Assembly: GCF_009914755.1 (NCBI RefSeq)
Contig: NC_060942.1
From: the human T2T-CHM13v2.0 reference genome, Homo sapiens
Direction: 5' to 3' (one strand)
DNA length: 64,000 nt
Position numbers and translations under genes: made by a program. Shown here piece after piece: positions 45,501 to 64,000 of this stretch (the stretch's first letter is position 1; each line of letters begins with the position of its first letter). A model generated the notes under the pieces. It was given only the letters and a program-made list of their open reading frames with translations. It ran no database searches and was not told the origin of the DNA.

Positions 45501-46638
45501 TAGAAAATAATATATTAAGCTCAGTTTTGAAAACGATTTCAAAAATTTATTGTACATGAGGAATAGCTTTCCTGTTCTCATTTTTCTTTTTCCTAAACTT
45601 TTGTTGTAATTTTAATTTTTATCAGAGTGATAAGAGAGCAGTTGAAATTCAAGATTACTAGACTTAAAACAGAAAAAGAGCAGCCCTCTGATCCATCCTT
45701 TCCCTTCCCCAAATCCATGACCTAGAGGCAAATACTTTGAACCATTTTTTCTATTTCCTCCAACATTTGCTTTCTTATTCTGAAATAATGTGTACTATTA
45801 TTTTAAATTTTATAATTTTCAATTATCTATTGACTTCTTACTCTTAAAAAACGAGGCATTCCCTCTTCTAAATTAATTTTAGAAGGAGCTTACTAAGTTT
45901 TACTGATATACTAAACTGTGAAAATATCCATTTTTAAAACTACTGTTTGAGGGAGACAACTAAAATGTAATGGATATTCCTCTAAAATAAATGACTGAAA
46001 GAAACAAAACCAAGAATTAACTGGGAATCTGAGAATAAGATCATGCTTCAAATTTACGATACTGCTTTGAGACAATGGCAGTTAAGCAAATCCCCTTATA
46101 TCTGAATGTCTATCATTAAAATGAAGAAAACAGAACAATAGTTTATCAGGCTTAGTTTTTAGAGGAAAATCTGGGTCTGTGAGTGCTGGAGCATTTTCAG
46201 AGTGCCCTGCAAATCCAATTAGGACTCTCTTAACTGCACCCCATGGTCATTCCCTTTGACTGACAAATTTGTTTTTTAACTCTCAGAACACGATGAATCC
46301 TAGGTTGTTGGTTTTTTCCTTTTCTTATTCTCTTTTGCTTCTCTTCTTTTCTTTCTTTTTAAGAGTGTGGCATTCCCAATAGGCACAGCGGTAATCCTGC
46401 TGGCTTTCTCTCTTACTCCTGTGCCATTACATTTAATTTGCGTGCTTTTATAACTCTGTACTTACGCCCACAGGCTTTTGAACAATGGGCACCCATTCAA
46501 TAAATTCAAAAAATAAATGACTTGATGATTCTAAGTGCTTTGAACTCAATGGACAGAGGGCTCTACATAAGTAACATAATAGTAAAAAGGCTAGGATAAA
46601 ACATTAAAAAGAAAAAAAGTCTAAAGCTTTTTCAGAAG

Positions 46639-46662
46639 ACACACACACACATACACACACAC
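46639..46662. repeat. Interrupted (CA)n microsatellite
   Basis: Seen directly. Confidence 0.9.
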
Positions 46663-47329
46663 AGTTGTCATCCTTTGCCACATAGCATTCATTTTCCTCA
46701 TTTGTACTCAGTTCTCAAAACCTCTTCCTCTATAGTTTTTGATAGGAAAATGACAAACATTTGTAAAGCAGAAACACATTTATACATACTTGCAAGGAGT
46801 ATTTCCTTGAAATGGGCTGATCACTGCAAGGCTTATTATATAATGTAAGAGATACTTAAATACATCCTGCAATCTCATGGAAATAATTCCAGTGTTATGA
46901 TGAGGCCATTTGGAGCTTCCTATAACCTAAGATATAGTAATACACTTTGACTTTAGTATTTTTCACTTGGTTTATTAAGCATAACTTAATTTAAAATCTG
47001 ATACGAATTTTAAAAAGTCAAGACATTTAGCAACTATAAGGTTTATTATGAGCTGTTATTAATTAATGTAGTGATATAAAACTTGTATTTTAAACAAGTT
47101 TATCTATTATCATTAGACTCCACAAGAACTTCATAAAGTTGGGTTGGCTAAAAAACAGGAACAGGGGTATGGACATATCCTAAGATAAGACAGGCTAAAT
47201 AGGAGAATGAGAATAATAAATTTCATGCCCTTTCTTAGACTTCAACTAAAAAACCTATTCCCTAAGAGAATCCTCTCATGATTAATTAATCTAGCTACTT
47301 GTCAGTTTATACTATTCAAAATAATCCCC

Positions 47330-48295
47330 ACTTTTCCATGCCCAGACACCACCTCTGTTTTGCCAAATCCAATGTATGTGTTTTAATCCTCATCTTACCC
47401 TCAATCTTCCATGTATAGTTGTTCACTATTTCTTCCACTTTAAGACATACCTACCTGACACCACGCTCTTGTGGTTTTTCTGATTCCTTTTGTTAGCATT
47501 TTCTCTTCCACCCAGCTTCTGAAGGTTGGAGGTCTCTCAGAGCTCTGGATTATCCCTCTTTCCTTCCCATTGTTCATTCATCAATTGCCATGACTCCGAA
47601 CATTTTATTTATGCTGATGTCACCTATGTTTCCATCTGCAGCCTAGCCTTTTCCTCTTGAGTTCCAAGCCACTGTAATCTCTCAGCATGTTGACAACTGG
47701 ACTCCCAGCCTCAACACTTAGCCCTTTAAGTCACTTCTCCACAGTGCTTTTTTCAAAGGTACATCAGGCCAGGTTACTCTAGTGCCCAAAATCCTTCAAT
47801 GACTTTATGCTGAACTATGGCTAACCTCCAAACTCTTTACCGTAAATGGGCTCATCAGGCCTTGAACATAGCCCTACAATGACCTATTCCTTCATACTCA
47901 TTTAATGCTACTCTCCCCCACTATCCACACTCCAAACTATACTGGCCTGCTAACAGTTTCTTGAATAAACAGAGCTCCGTCCTGCTTCAGGCCTTCACAC
48001 ATGCTGTTAAAAACACTCTATCCTCATTTTTTCTCTGGCAACTCTTATTCATCATCAGGTCTCAGTTAAATATCACTTTCTCAGAGAGCAAACCCCTGAA
48101 TCCTAAGCCTCTAAATCTAAAACAGGATTCTTGCGATTCTCTTGCATTATGTCCCTGTTATTTTAGCTCCATTTTTAATTGCTAAATGATGTTTATTTTC
48201 CCTCCACTAGCTTCTTGAGGCAAGGTCCATGACTGCCTATTCATCGCTATGGACTCAATGTCTGGGACAAAATATGACATGAATAAAATCAATAA
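47330..48295 (+). mobile_element. L2 LINE 3' portion (degenerate)
   Basis: tttgccaaatccaatg...tatgctgatg...aaatccttcaatgac...caggccttcacacatgctgtt...tcaggtctcagttaaatatcact...cttgaggcaagg. Confidence 0.7.
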
Positions 48296-48605
<310 letters not shown>

Positions 48606-50084
48606 AATATGTTTTAAACATATTTATGGATGATGTTTTCCTTGTATTTATTCCATATTTTGCTTCTGCATCTACTATATCTACTCTATTTAAAAGATAA
48701 TTAATTATAGCAAATTAATTACAGTGTTGTGTTTATTTTCAGATGTAGAATTGAAACTCAAAAGGATTAAGTAACTTCCTCACTGTCACATGGCTATTAA
48801 GAGACAGAACTAGGATTCAAATCCAGATATTTCTAATCTAGAGTCTTTGCTCTTGGGTGGGGAAACTGAAGCTTGGACATATGAAGTGATTTACCAATGA
48901 CTTAAGAAATGAGAATTTGAAGGGTTTGCTTTCATTCTGAAAAAGAGGATGCATGTTATTACATTACTCATGTATTGAGAATACAGATTTTCTACAATCA
49001 ATTCTTTTTTTGTCTCTTTCCAGACAAAAAATTTCCAGAGTCTGTTTTAAAAACATTTCTGTTAGATGCAGACTTCATCTCTGTTGGACTTGAATCTCCA
49101 GTAGAGAAAGGGAAAGGCAGAGTACTTTATCTATTTGCATCTGGTAAACAACAAGTCCTTTTTGGTATAAAATTTTCAAGTTACTTACAAAAGAATAGGT
49201 TAACCCTGGGCATCACTTACCAGTTATTTTTAATCTGCTGCAATCACCAACACAGTAGCAACTTATCATCCCCCTAATAGGAAAGATGATAAGGTGCTAT
49301 TGATAAAACCCCAGTTAAATAAAGTTATAAATGTTTAAAATTGAGAAAATAGATACCATTTAATAATATATTCTAAAGCCCGTAATTAAATCAGAAAGAT
49401 TGTTCTGATGTTCAGATCAATTTCGTTCAGGAAGAATATATGGAAAAGACCTTTTCTTACTTTCCATTCCTGAACAATGATAATCATATTTGAATACAAT
49501 CATATGATCATACCTATCATTTACTGAAAACCTACTATGATCATGGCATTATGCCAAGAACATTACACATATAATTATTAATATTCAATCCAATTCTGGA
49601 AAGTAGATACTAGTATTCTCACTTTATACATGAGAGCACAGTAACTTCTCTAAGGTAACTACTAACCAACACAGCATAGCTAGTAAATCCTAAAATGGGG
49701 AGTGAAGTCTGTCTGACTTGCAGTGTAAGTTTATTCCTTTATGCCACAGTGCAATGAAAAGAGAATTTTAAACAGCCTTCCTCAGTAATAAGCTTTGGTT
49801 TTAGGTGATAAGAGAATAAAGGGCATATCTTCCTATCTTTCAGGTGGTAGAAGCTGTAGTGGTAGTAATTAAGGTCACTAATATTTACACAGTACTTGTT
49901 ATATGCCAAATATTTTGCTAAGTACTTTCGATGCAGTATTTAATTTAATTCTCATAAAATTTGGCAAGCCGGATATTGGTCTTATTTAACTGTTGAGAAA
50001 ACCAAATATCAGAGAGGTTAAGTAAGGTCAAGGTCACATAAAGGTTAAATATAGTTCTTTCTGATTCCAATACTCATATTATTT

Positions 50085-51245
50085 AACTTAAAAAAATTGT
50101 GGTGAAATAAACATAAAATTTACCATTGTAACCACTGTTGAGTATACAGTTCAGTGACGCCAAGCATATTCATACGCTGTATAACCTCTGTAACTTTCTT
50201 TATCGAGAAATTTCAAATATATACAAAGACAGACAGGATAGTATAATGAACCTCCATGTACCTATCACCCAGCCCATCAACTCATGGCTAATCTTGTTTC
50301 CTTATACTCATTCATTTCCTCTTCTCCAGGGTTATTCTGAAGCAAAGTCCAAACAAATCTTTCAACCATAAATATATTGGTTAAGTATCTCTAAAATATA
50401 AAGATTCTTTAAAAAATATACACAATGCAATTTTCACACATAAAAAATTAATAGTAATCCCTGAAAATTACCACATATCCAGCCAGTGCTCAACTTTCTA
50501 ATTAGGTTTTAAAAAAAGTTTCTTACAGGCAGAATGAGAATTCAAATAAAATCTCTATGGTGTAATTGGTCTTCATTAATGTGTTTTTCTCTCTCTCCTT
50601 TCTTATTGCAATTTGTTAGTTGAAGAAACCAGGTTATTTGTCCTATATAGATTCTTGCATCCTGGATTTTGGTGATGTTTAATTTTTCTCTGTTCTGGGT
50701 TTCCCCAGAAAATTGGTAGCTAAATTTAGAGGCTTGGTCTGATTAGTTTTTGGGTTTTTTTTTTGCAAGACTACTTCATAGATGGTGGTGTGTTCTACAT
50801 CAGGAGAAACATAATATATGGTTCCCTCTTTACGTAAGTTTGCAGTCACTAATGCTCAATGCTCGAATCTACTAATTAGGGTTTGCAAAATAGTGATATT
50901 CTAATTCTATCATTTCTTTTTCAATTATGAATATTTCTCTAAAGTGGAACTTCTCCATATCTACTATTTTGACATCTAGTGTTACTATCTTATTTGAAAG
51001 GCAGGACAAATCCCCAGTTCCTTTTAGTAGAAATCTGGTTGTTACAGATGCTCAAAGCTGTTATTGGGTTGGTCACTGTTACAATGAGTTCAAAGGACAG
51101 AAGTAGAATGACTAGACATAACTATAAATATTAAAACAACAAAAGCATAAGTCCATGCAGGTACTTCCTATTCAAATTCAAGATCAAAGGGTTCTTAGTT
51201 AATCTCTTCTATTTTAAATCTGCATATAATGTTTCCATGTCAAAA
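50085..51245 (-). mobile_element. Old L1M 3'-end fragments
   Basis: ttgtggtgaaataaacataaaatttaccatt; aatgaacctccatgtacctatcacccagc; gttgaagaaaccaggttatttgtcctata. Confidence 0.6.
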
Positions 51246-51257
51246 CCTAGGTTCCTG

Positions 51258-51550
51258 GGCCAGGCACATCAGGGCTCATTCCTGTAATCTCAGCATTTTG
51301 GGAGGCTAGAGCAGGAGGACTGCTTGAGGGCACGAGTTTCAGACCAGCCTGGGCAACACAGTGGGACCCTGCTGCATTTACAAAAAATAAAAAACTTAGT
51401 TGAGCGTGGTGATGCGTGCCTATAGTCCCAGCTACTCGAAAGGCTGAGGCGGGAGTATTGCTTGAGCTCAGGGGTTCAAGGCTGCAGTGAACTATGATCA
51501 CACACTGAGCTCCAGCCTGGGCAACAGTGCAAGATCCCGTCTCAAAAAAA
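51258..51550 (+). mobile_element. AluJ
   Basis: Diverged full dimer containing aggctgcagtgaactatgatc. Confidence 0.9.

Positions 51551-51553
<3 letters not shown>

Positions 51554-51602
<49 letters not shown>
51554..51602. repeat. (AT)~24 microsatellite in the Alu tail
   Basis: Seen directly. Confidence 0.97.
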
Positions 51603-51607
<5 letters not shown>

Positions 51608-52673
51608 TATATATATAATATACAAATATAGGTCCCCAATGGGAAAACAAAATTAGAATATTTCACAATTACTAATGTGTTTTATTAAACTCACATTACA
51701 CCCGTCTTGAAGTAACAATATAAAGGTTTCTATACAAATGTCATTAGTAAAAACTATTTTTTCAATTGTGTCTTTAAGGTATAGCCTACTAGGAATAGTC
51801 ACTTAGATGTTCAGTTATGCCACCAAATGGATATATATTTAGGTTCACTGATTTCAATTTATTTAAATTTTAGACACTGCTCCTTTAAACTTTTGTTTCA
51901 TAATCATGTAAAACATTTATGGAGTTCTTAAGTTACATCAAAGAACAAAAAATATTCAAAGAAGTCGAGTTTCATTCCTCTTTCACTTTTACCCAATTTC
52001 TTCACTTTCTTTATAGGTAACTGTTTAACAATTTTTTCTATAGTTTGTCCTTCCCCTATTTGTTTCCAAAATATAAACAGATACAAATGAGTATCAACCT
52101 GTCCCGAGGATGCCTATGTGGTGGCATATAGAGCTTCATATGGAGATGTTTTCATTCATTTTTATAGCTGCATGGTATAATACTTTCTTGTGTGAATGTA
52201 CCAAAGCTTATTCAACAAATTCTTACTGATGGAGCTGTAGGTAGAAGATTTATCTGTTTGTTTTTAATGTCCTTATATATATGTCTATGTATTCAAGTCT
52301 TTTATGCAAGTAGTCTTTCAATATGTGGTCTATTTTACTTGTTTTCTTTTTATATTTTAGTTTTTACCTTTTTTTTTGGTATTTAGGAAGGTTTATATAT
52401 TTGTTCTAATAGTTCCCTTTACATGAATAACTTTATATAACTCCCTAGTCCCCTTAGTTTAATTGTCATTTTCTATTGATTCCCTACCATATGTAATATT
52501 CGAATTAGCTAATTGCCTCCTTTTCTTCCTCCTCCTTCTCTCCCAGCATCTGACTTGAAGTAATATCCTAAATCCCTTTCTTTATATCCAGGGTAACCTC
52601 AAGGAAATGATGAAATGAGAGAATGCTGAAGCTAAAAACAACCACACACACAAAAAACCACATTAGAAAATAG

Positions 52674-54835
<2,162 letters not shown>

Positions 54836-54884
54836 AGAAAATAGAAAATGTACTTTAAGATACATTTTAAAAATATATTTAACA

Positions 54885-55025
54885 TTTTTTAAATTAATTA
54901 ATTTTTTGTAGACACAGGGTCTCCCTATATTGCTCAGGCTGGTCTCGAACTCCCAGGCTCAAGATATTCTCCTGCCTCAGCCTCCCAAATTGCTAGATTA
55001 CAGGTGCAAGCCCCGGCACCAAGCC
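54885..55025 (-). mobile_element. FLAM/AluJ left monomer
   Basis: tttgtagacacagggtctccctatattgctcaggctggtctcgaactcc; flanking tttaagatacat repeats. Confidence 0.8.
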
Positions 55026-55310
55026 TTTAAGATACATGTTAAATACAAGAAAATCAAGGGTCAAAATGGCAAAATAAGTTGCCCAAGCTCATAGTAAATT
55101 AAAGTTAGCTTAAAAACAGAACTCAGGTCTTCTAATTCTCAGTCTGTCACTCTATCCAAAACTTTTCTGGATCATTCCTCAATTAGCATTTGTTTAAGAT
55201 GATTATAAACAAGATTCAGATAAACTCCTTTCCAGCCCCATTACCTTGTTAGGGGTCTGTGAGGCTCCTGCCTCAAAGCCTTTGCACTCCCTGCTCTATT
55301 TTATTAGAGT

Positions 55311-55787
55311 AGCACCAGGGACCGTTTCATGGAAGACGATTTTTCCACGGATGCAGGGTGGTGCTTTTGGGATGACTCAAGCACATTACATTTATTGTGC
55401 ACTTTATTTCTATTATTATTACATTGTAATATTTAATGAAATAATTATACAACTTACCATGATGTAGAATCAGTGGGAGCCCTGAGCTTGTTATTCTGCA
55501 ACTAGACAGACCTATCTGCGGGTGACGGGAGACTGTGACAGATCATCAGGTATTAGATTCTCATAAGGCATGTGTAACCTAGATCCTTTGCGTGTACAGT
55601 TCACAATAGGGTTGGCGCTCCTATGAGAATCTAATGCTGCTGCTGATCTGGCAGGTGGTGGAGCTCAGGAGGTAATGGAGTGACGGGGAGAAGCTGCCAA
55701 CACAGATGAAGCTTTGCTCACTTGCCCGCCGCTCACCTCCTGCTGTGTGGCTCAGTTCCAACAGCCCATGGACCATACTGGTCCATG
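55311..55787 (-). mobile_element. MER1A (hAT-Charlie)
   Basis: gcaccagggacc...tttattgtgcactttatttctattatt...catcaggtattagattctcataagg. Confidence 0.85.
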
Positions 55788-55789
55788 AG

Positions 55790-56476
<687 letters not shown>

Positions 56477-56739
56477 TCACAAAGTGTTTTTATACTTGCA
56501 TTAGTCTTTCACAATTGCTATTTAAAACTGGTAACCTGGAGAATGTTTATAACTTATAGCGCATTCATAATGGGTATGGGAAATTTAGGACTTGGAATTG
56601 GTTAATGAGTTACTTCACATAGAGGTTTAAAGCACTACTACTAATGGAACAAAAGTTAGTCTAACTGGAATTCATTAACTAGTATGAAACTTAAGAGAGA
56701 TCATATCTGATTATTAAAGGCTCAGTACTGTTTAGGCTT

Positions 56740-57124
56740 TGTTATGGACTGAATGTGTTCCCACTCAAATTCATATGCTGAAGGCCTAACCCCCCAGTGT
56801 AATGATATTTGGAGAGGGGGTGTTTGGGAGGAGATTAGGTGATAAGGGCAGAGCTTAGTCTGATGACATTAGTACCCTTATAGTAAAAGACACCAGAGAG
56901 CTTGCTCTTGGTCTCTCTGCTAACATAGATGCTAACAAAAGGCCATGTGAGCACACATTGAGAAGGTGGCTGTCTGGAAGCCAAGAAGAGGGGCCTCACC
57001 AGAACCCAACTGTGCTGACACTCCATCTTGGGCTTTCTGCCTCAAGGACTGTGAGGAAATAGATTTCTGTTGTTCAAACCACCCAGTCTACATTTTGTTA
57101 CGGCATCTTGAGCTGACTAACACA
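56740..57124 (+). mobile_element. MLT1A/MSTD-type MaLR solo LTR
   Basis: tgttatggactgaatgtg...caaattcatatgctgaag...gccaagaagagggg...ctgactaacaca. Confidence 0.85.
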
Positions 57125-59014
57125 GGCTTAAAACATGGCCCTACAGAAGATGGATCATTCATTCAGCAACCAGACTGATTAGCTAGCACTGCCTATTAAA
57201 GGACAAAGGATATGTTTCTGAGCAACAATGTTCCTCATGATGTCAAGCATGATGCAAATTTAAGATCATAGAAGAGATTAGGGGAGAGATTACAGGTGAC
57301 TCAAATGTGTGAAAATAATTAAACAGGACTGCCCTGTTGATTATTAAACAAACGTGCCAAGTAATTCCATTTCTGTAATTCCAAGTATATTTAAGGATTG
57401 TTTAGTTCTGAAATGTCAACTGTCCAAGAATAACTGCTTTGTTGTAATAACAAATAAATCAAGAAAATCAACACATTCCAATCATGGAATGACCTCCAAC
57501 AACCATCAAAGCACAAATCAACTGGCCTTCCTACTTCCCAAAGTATACCACTGCCCATTACCAAGATCTCCAAATTTCTATCTCAGAAACTCAAAGAATT
57601 CATGAATAAATTAAGAAACAATTTAGGACTTAACTTTATCTAGTGTTCAGTGAATTTTCTAATAATATCTTAAGTCTAGATAAAGTCTGATGCTTTTCAT
57701 GTTCATTCTCTGCATTTATAAGGTAATTCTCAAATACTCCTGTTAAGGATTCTTCTCATGAATTTGTCAGAAATCCGTGAAATTTCCAGAAAAACAAGCA
57801 GAGCTGAATTCTCGAATACAATTTGTTTTCAGAAATTAAATCAACCAAGGAAAGGGTTGAATTTCCACTCATACAATGAATAAAATTACTGGTTTTGGGG
57901 GTCTTATTTAGAGAAACTCAAATAAAGTGGCATTTATAAAACATTTGTAGCTTTGACTATAATCAACTGTAATAATAAGATACCAGCTTAAAAAATTCTT
58001 TTCATTTAAGCCTCTTTTGTAATACTGCTTTTTAATAACCCTCATAATAGCCGAATTAAAGGACCCCAACAGAAATCATTCATCCCACATAAAACAAACA
58101 TTGCCTTTTCTTCTTAGCTTTGTTTTACAAGCTACATTATTTCCAGATGACGCTTGAGGGGACTATGGTTTCAAGAATTAGATGCTTAAATAGACAGCTG
58201 CTTTCTATTTGCCATGTAAATCAAGGATAAATCAAAGAAAATTCCAAATAGGAGACTTCTTTTCTTCCTATTGGGAACTATGAACAGGCAGAAGGGGAGA
58301 AACAGAATGAAAAACAATCAAGATCTGAGCAAACAGAAAATTAAAGATTTCTCAAATAAGTAAAAGGAAATTTAAAATATTTCAGGAAAAGGTGTTTTTA
58401 TATTAGCTCTATGCAGCAGGAAGTAAAAACTTTTTCACTAGAATGGAAAGAGGGGGAAAGAAACTGTGATCACTGGTTTTTAGAAATCTATCACACGTTA
58501 CTACTGAATATGCATGGGTTATTTTTTCTGTATTCTTTAAACTTCACTTAGAAAGTTAATTAATCATTGCCAGATTTCAATGCAAACACATCCTATTTCT
58601 TTTTATAAGCCAGAGAGACGAAGGAACATAAAAGTTTTTTAATAATTTTTTTAAAAGTCCTTAAAAATAATATTCTACCATATTCCATAAGAAGGGACAG
58701 AACGATCTTCCTCTTCAGGAGTAAGAAAAGGCAATAGTGTTTCATTCGATCCTTCAGTTTAAAAATGAAGGAATGTTTTGTTTTTGTTTTAAAAAAGAGG
58801 GGAGCCCTCCAACTCAGTATTGTCCTTAGAATCACTCTCAGAACATTTTTGGAACTCTCAGGTCCTAGCCAAGTTAGAACACAAGCACGAAAATTGGTTG
58901 TCTTATGTCAAAGTCAGGCCTGGCTTTTCATGAGGAAAAAAGTGGTAGGGTCAGGGGGGATGAGGAGTTTGCTTACTCGCTACAGACTTTGCTTGAATTT
59001 TAAAATCAATTGTA

Positions 59015-59740
59015 TTGGTACAACCATTATGAAAAGCAGCAGGAGGTTCCTCAAATAATTAAAAATAGAATGACCATATGATCCAACAATTCCACTTCTG
59101 GGTATATACCCAAAGGAAATGAGGTATCTATATTTGCACTTGCATATTCATTTCAGCATTATTAACTACAGCTAAGATATGAAGACAACCTAAGTACTCG
59201 CTGACAGATACATGGAGAAAGAAAACGTGGTGCATATCCACAATGGAATATCATTTAGCCATAAATAAGGAGATCCTATCATTTGCGACAACATGGATAA
59301 ACCTGGAGAACATTATGCTAAGTAAATGAGACAGAGACAAAAAGGGAAATACTGCATGATCTCACTTAGATGTGAAATCCAAAAAAGTCAAAATCATAGA
59401 ATCAGAGCCGTACAGTGGTTGCCAGGGGGTGGGGGAAAGGAGATGTTGGTCACAGGGAACAAACTTTCAGTTATGTAAGATGAGTAAGTTCTGTGGACCC
59501 AGTGTATAGCATGGTGACTGTAGTTAATAATACTGTATTGTACACGTGATATTTGCTAAGAGAGTAGATCATAAGTGTTCTCATCACACAAAATGGTAAC
59601 TATGTGAGGTGATGGTGATGGATGTGTTAATTGACTTAATTGTGGTAACTGTTTCACAATGAATACATATAGCAAATCATGTCATATACTCCAAAATATA
59701 CAATTTTTTATTTATTATGACTCATAAACCTGGGAAAAAA
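59015..59740 (+). mobile_element. L1MA-type 3' end
   Basis: ccatatgatccaacaattccacttctgggtatatacccaaagg...gtatagcatggtgactgtagttaataatactgtattg. Confidence 0.85.
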
Positions 59741-59879
59741 ATCGATTGCACTAAAGAAGAAACTCACTGGGACCTAATCAATGTGGGGCTTGGAATCTAT
59801 TTAAGTTCAAAGCAGTTGTGCTAGGGATGTTCACCAATTTTATTCACAGGGTTTGGCTCTGTTTTACACAGTTTCTTCA

Positions 59880-61174
<1,295 letters not shown>

Positions 61175-61834
61175 TAAAACATCTCTATAAGTCTAAAATT
61201 ATCTTAATGGAGGAATGGAGGGAAAGCAAGTTGCATGTATACTTGACAGAAATTCAAGATCTACACCTACAAAGAAGAATATAAAGTAAAAAGTATGTTA
61301 TTCTTTTTTCTTTGAGATCTTTCAGTCTGACTCCCCAGAAGTAACCATTATTTAATAGTTGTGCATTATTGAAAAATTTAATGCATAATTTTCAAGCATA
61401 CATGTATGTATAAACTACATGCTATAAAGTATTTTTCTTACTGGTTTATATATCATGGGTATCTTTTCATATAAACCCATGTAGATTGATTTCATTTAAA
61501 AAATAGCTGTAGAATACTGCATTGGATGAATTTATACTTTATTTAATAAGTCCCTTATTGAGGGATATTTTGCTTATTTCTATTTTTTGTTCTTAAACAA
61601 GGTTGAAGAATATACACACCTTTGTGGAACTGCATATCTAGCTGACTTTCGCAGTTTCTAAAGTCAAATCACTCAAACATATTTTGCCTCCTTAAAATAT
61701 TAATTATTTCAAAGTACAAGATTTATTTTCCTACATTCACCTTTGTGCCATAATGCTAGCCATGCTGATCTTTATCTACTAGTACACACACCCAACAAAT
61801 AGCTCTCTTTTTCCCCCCGTGCTCAAAGCACTAC

Positions 61835-62700
61835 TTTTTTTTCAATGGCTTCATCAAGATACAATTCATATACCATATACTTCACCAATCTAAAGTATGA
61901 TTGAATGGTTTTTGGTATATTCACAGAGTTGTGCAAATATCACCACAGCCTAATTTTGAAACATTTCATCACCTCCCAAAATAAACTCTGTGCCCATTAG
62001 TAGTCACACCTCATTCTGCTTCACACTCCAGCCCTAAGGCATCTACTATCTACCTCTATAAGATTTGCCTATTCTGGACATTCCATATACATGAGATCAA
62101 ACAATAAGTGGCCTTGTTACTGGCTCCTTTCACTTAGCATAATGTTTTCAAGGTTCATCCATGATTAAGAATGTATCAGCATTTAATTCCTTTTTATCGT
62201 ATGATGCACTGAGAAGGGCTAGTAGTATCTCACATGGTATCTCACATGGTATGGATACACCACATTTTATTTATTCATTTGTCTTCTGATGGACACTTCA
62301 GTTGTTTCCATTTTTGGCTATTGCAAATAATGGTTCTATGAACATGCGCATTTTCAGGTAGACATATGTTTTCAATTCATTTGTATGTAAACCCAGAAAT
62401 GAAATTTCTCTATCATATGACAACTCTGTGTTTAATTACTGATGAACTAAAATGGCTGCACCATATAACATTCCCATGAGCAGTACATGAGGATTCTAAT
62501 TTCTCCACATCTTCACCAACACTTGTTATTATCTGCCTTTTTATTCTGGCCATCAAAATAGATGTGTGAAGTGGTATCTCATGGTTTTGATCTGCATTTC
62601 CTTAATAGCCAATGATGTTGAGTATATTTTGATGTGCTAATTGGCCACTTTTTATATCTTCTTTGGAAAAATGTCTATTAAGATTTTTCCCATTTAAAAA
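61835..62700 (-). mobile_element. L1MB-type 3' end
   Basis: acaattcatatacca...ttcacagagttgtgcaa...tttcacttagcataatgttttcaaggttcatcc. Confidence 0.85.
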
Positions 62701-62719
62701 ATGCAGTAAAAATTTTATT

Positions 62720-63378
<659 letters not shown>

Positions 63379-64000
63379 CCTAAAGTCTTTGCCTCACCTA
63401 AAGTGGGGTGCCTGGCACATGCCTGGCATTCAGGAAAAGCAGCTGGTTGACAGGAAGCCTGCCAACATGGCCCCCATTTCTTTGTTCTTGGTGGTCACTC
63501 TGGTTTGGCTTATTTCTGGGGCTCCTGGACATGCCTGACCTTGGGAATTCCAAGGTCAGGAAGCACCCTGGGAAGAGGGAGTCCATCTTTGGGGTTCAGG
63601 TACACGCTGTGATGTCAAGTAACTACCCAGATGTTCCCAGACAGATTAGAAAATCCTCCAGATGTTGCTGCTCACCTGTAGTTAGTGACTGCTGGCTGTT
63701 GTGATCTCTACCTCTCCATCTAATATCACACCACTCCTCCTCCTGCAGAAGCTCTTTCTGCACTAAAGAGCTCAGAGACAGTTCCATCTTCTGAACTAAC
63801 ACCTGTGGTCCCAGACTGTCTCTCCCACACATAGGCAGCATGGCATAACTGTAATAGCTAACCTTATCAAGCACTTGCTTCATGCCAAGGATCCTACCTC
63901 ATTCATTTAATCCTCAAAAGAACCCCAGGTGTTCAATTCTCATTATTATTTGTCTTTTTGGTTCTGGCCATCATAGTACAGAAAAGGTAATTGAGGCCCA

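Overview
Human or closely related great-ape genomic DNA: an AT-rich, repeat-dense stretch inside the dymeclin gene (DYM), which is transcribed on the minus strand. Only two protein-coding exons are supported (25190-25372, 61 codons; 3828-3941, 38 codons). They are separated by a 21.2-kb intron, and the rest of the window is intronic. The other long ORFs in the track are L1 fragments, Alu translations or noise. The main elements are a dead full-length L1PA4/5-type LINE in the same orientation as DYM (about 8849-14980), nested in an older L1M, and a 5'-truncated L1PA in the opposite orientation (52677-54835), plus many Alu, MIR, L2, MLT and MER elements. I found no new multi-gene system. The strongest observation is that the two inverted L1 copies share a premature ORF2 stop and several other non-consensus changes, with patchy divergence suggesting ectopic gene conversion, and they bracket a DYM exon. 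Also notable are a 22-bp templated insertion next to a micro-duplication, an extended intact L1 ORF0, and several motif-dense candidate enhancers. Repeat subfamily names and consensus comparisons come from memory, and old-repeat boundaries are approximate.
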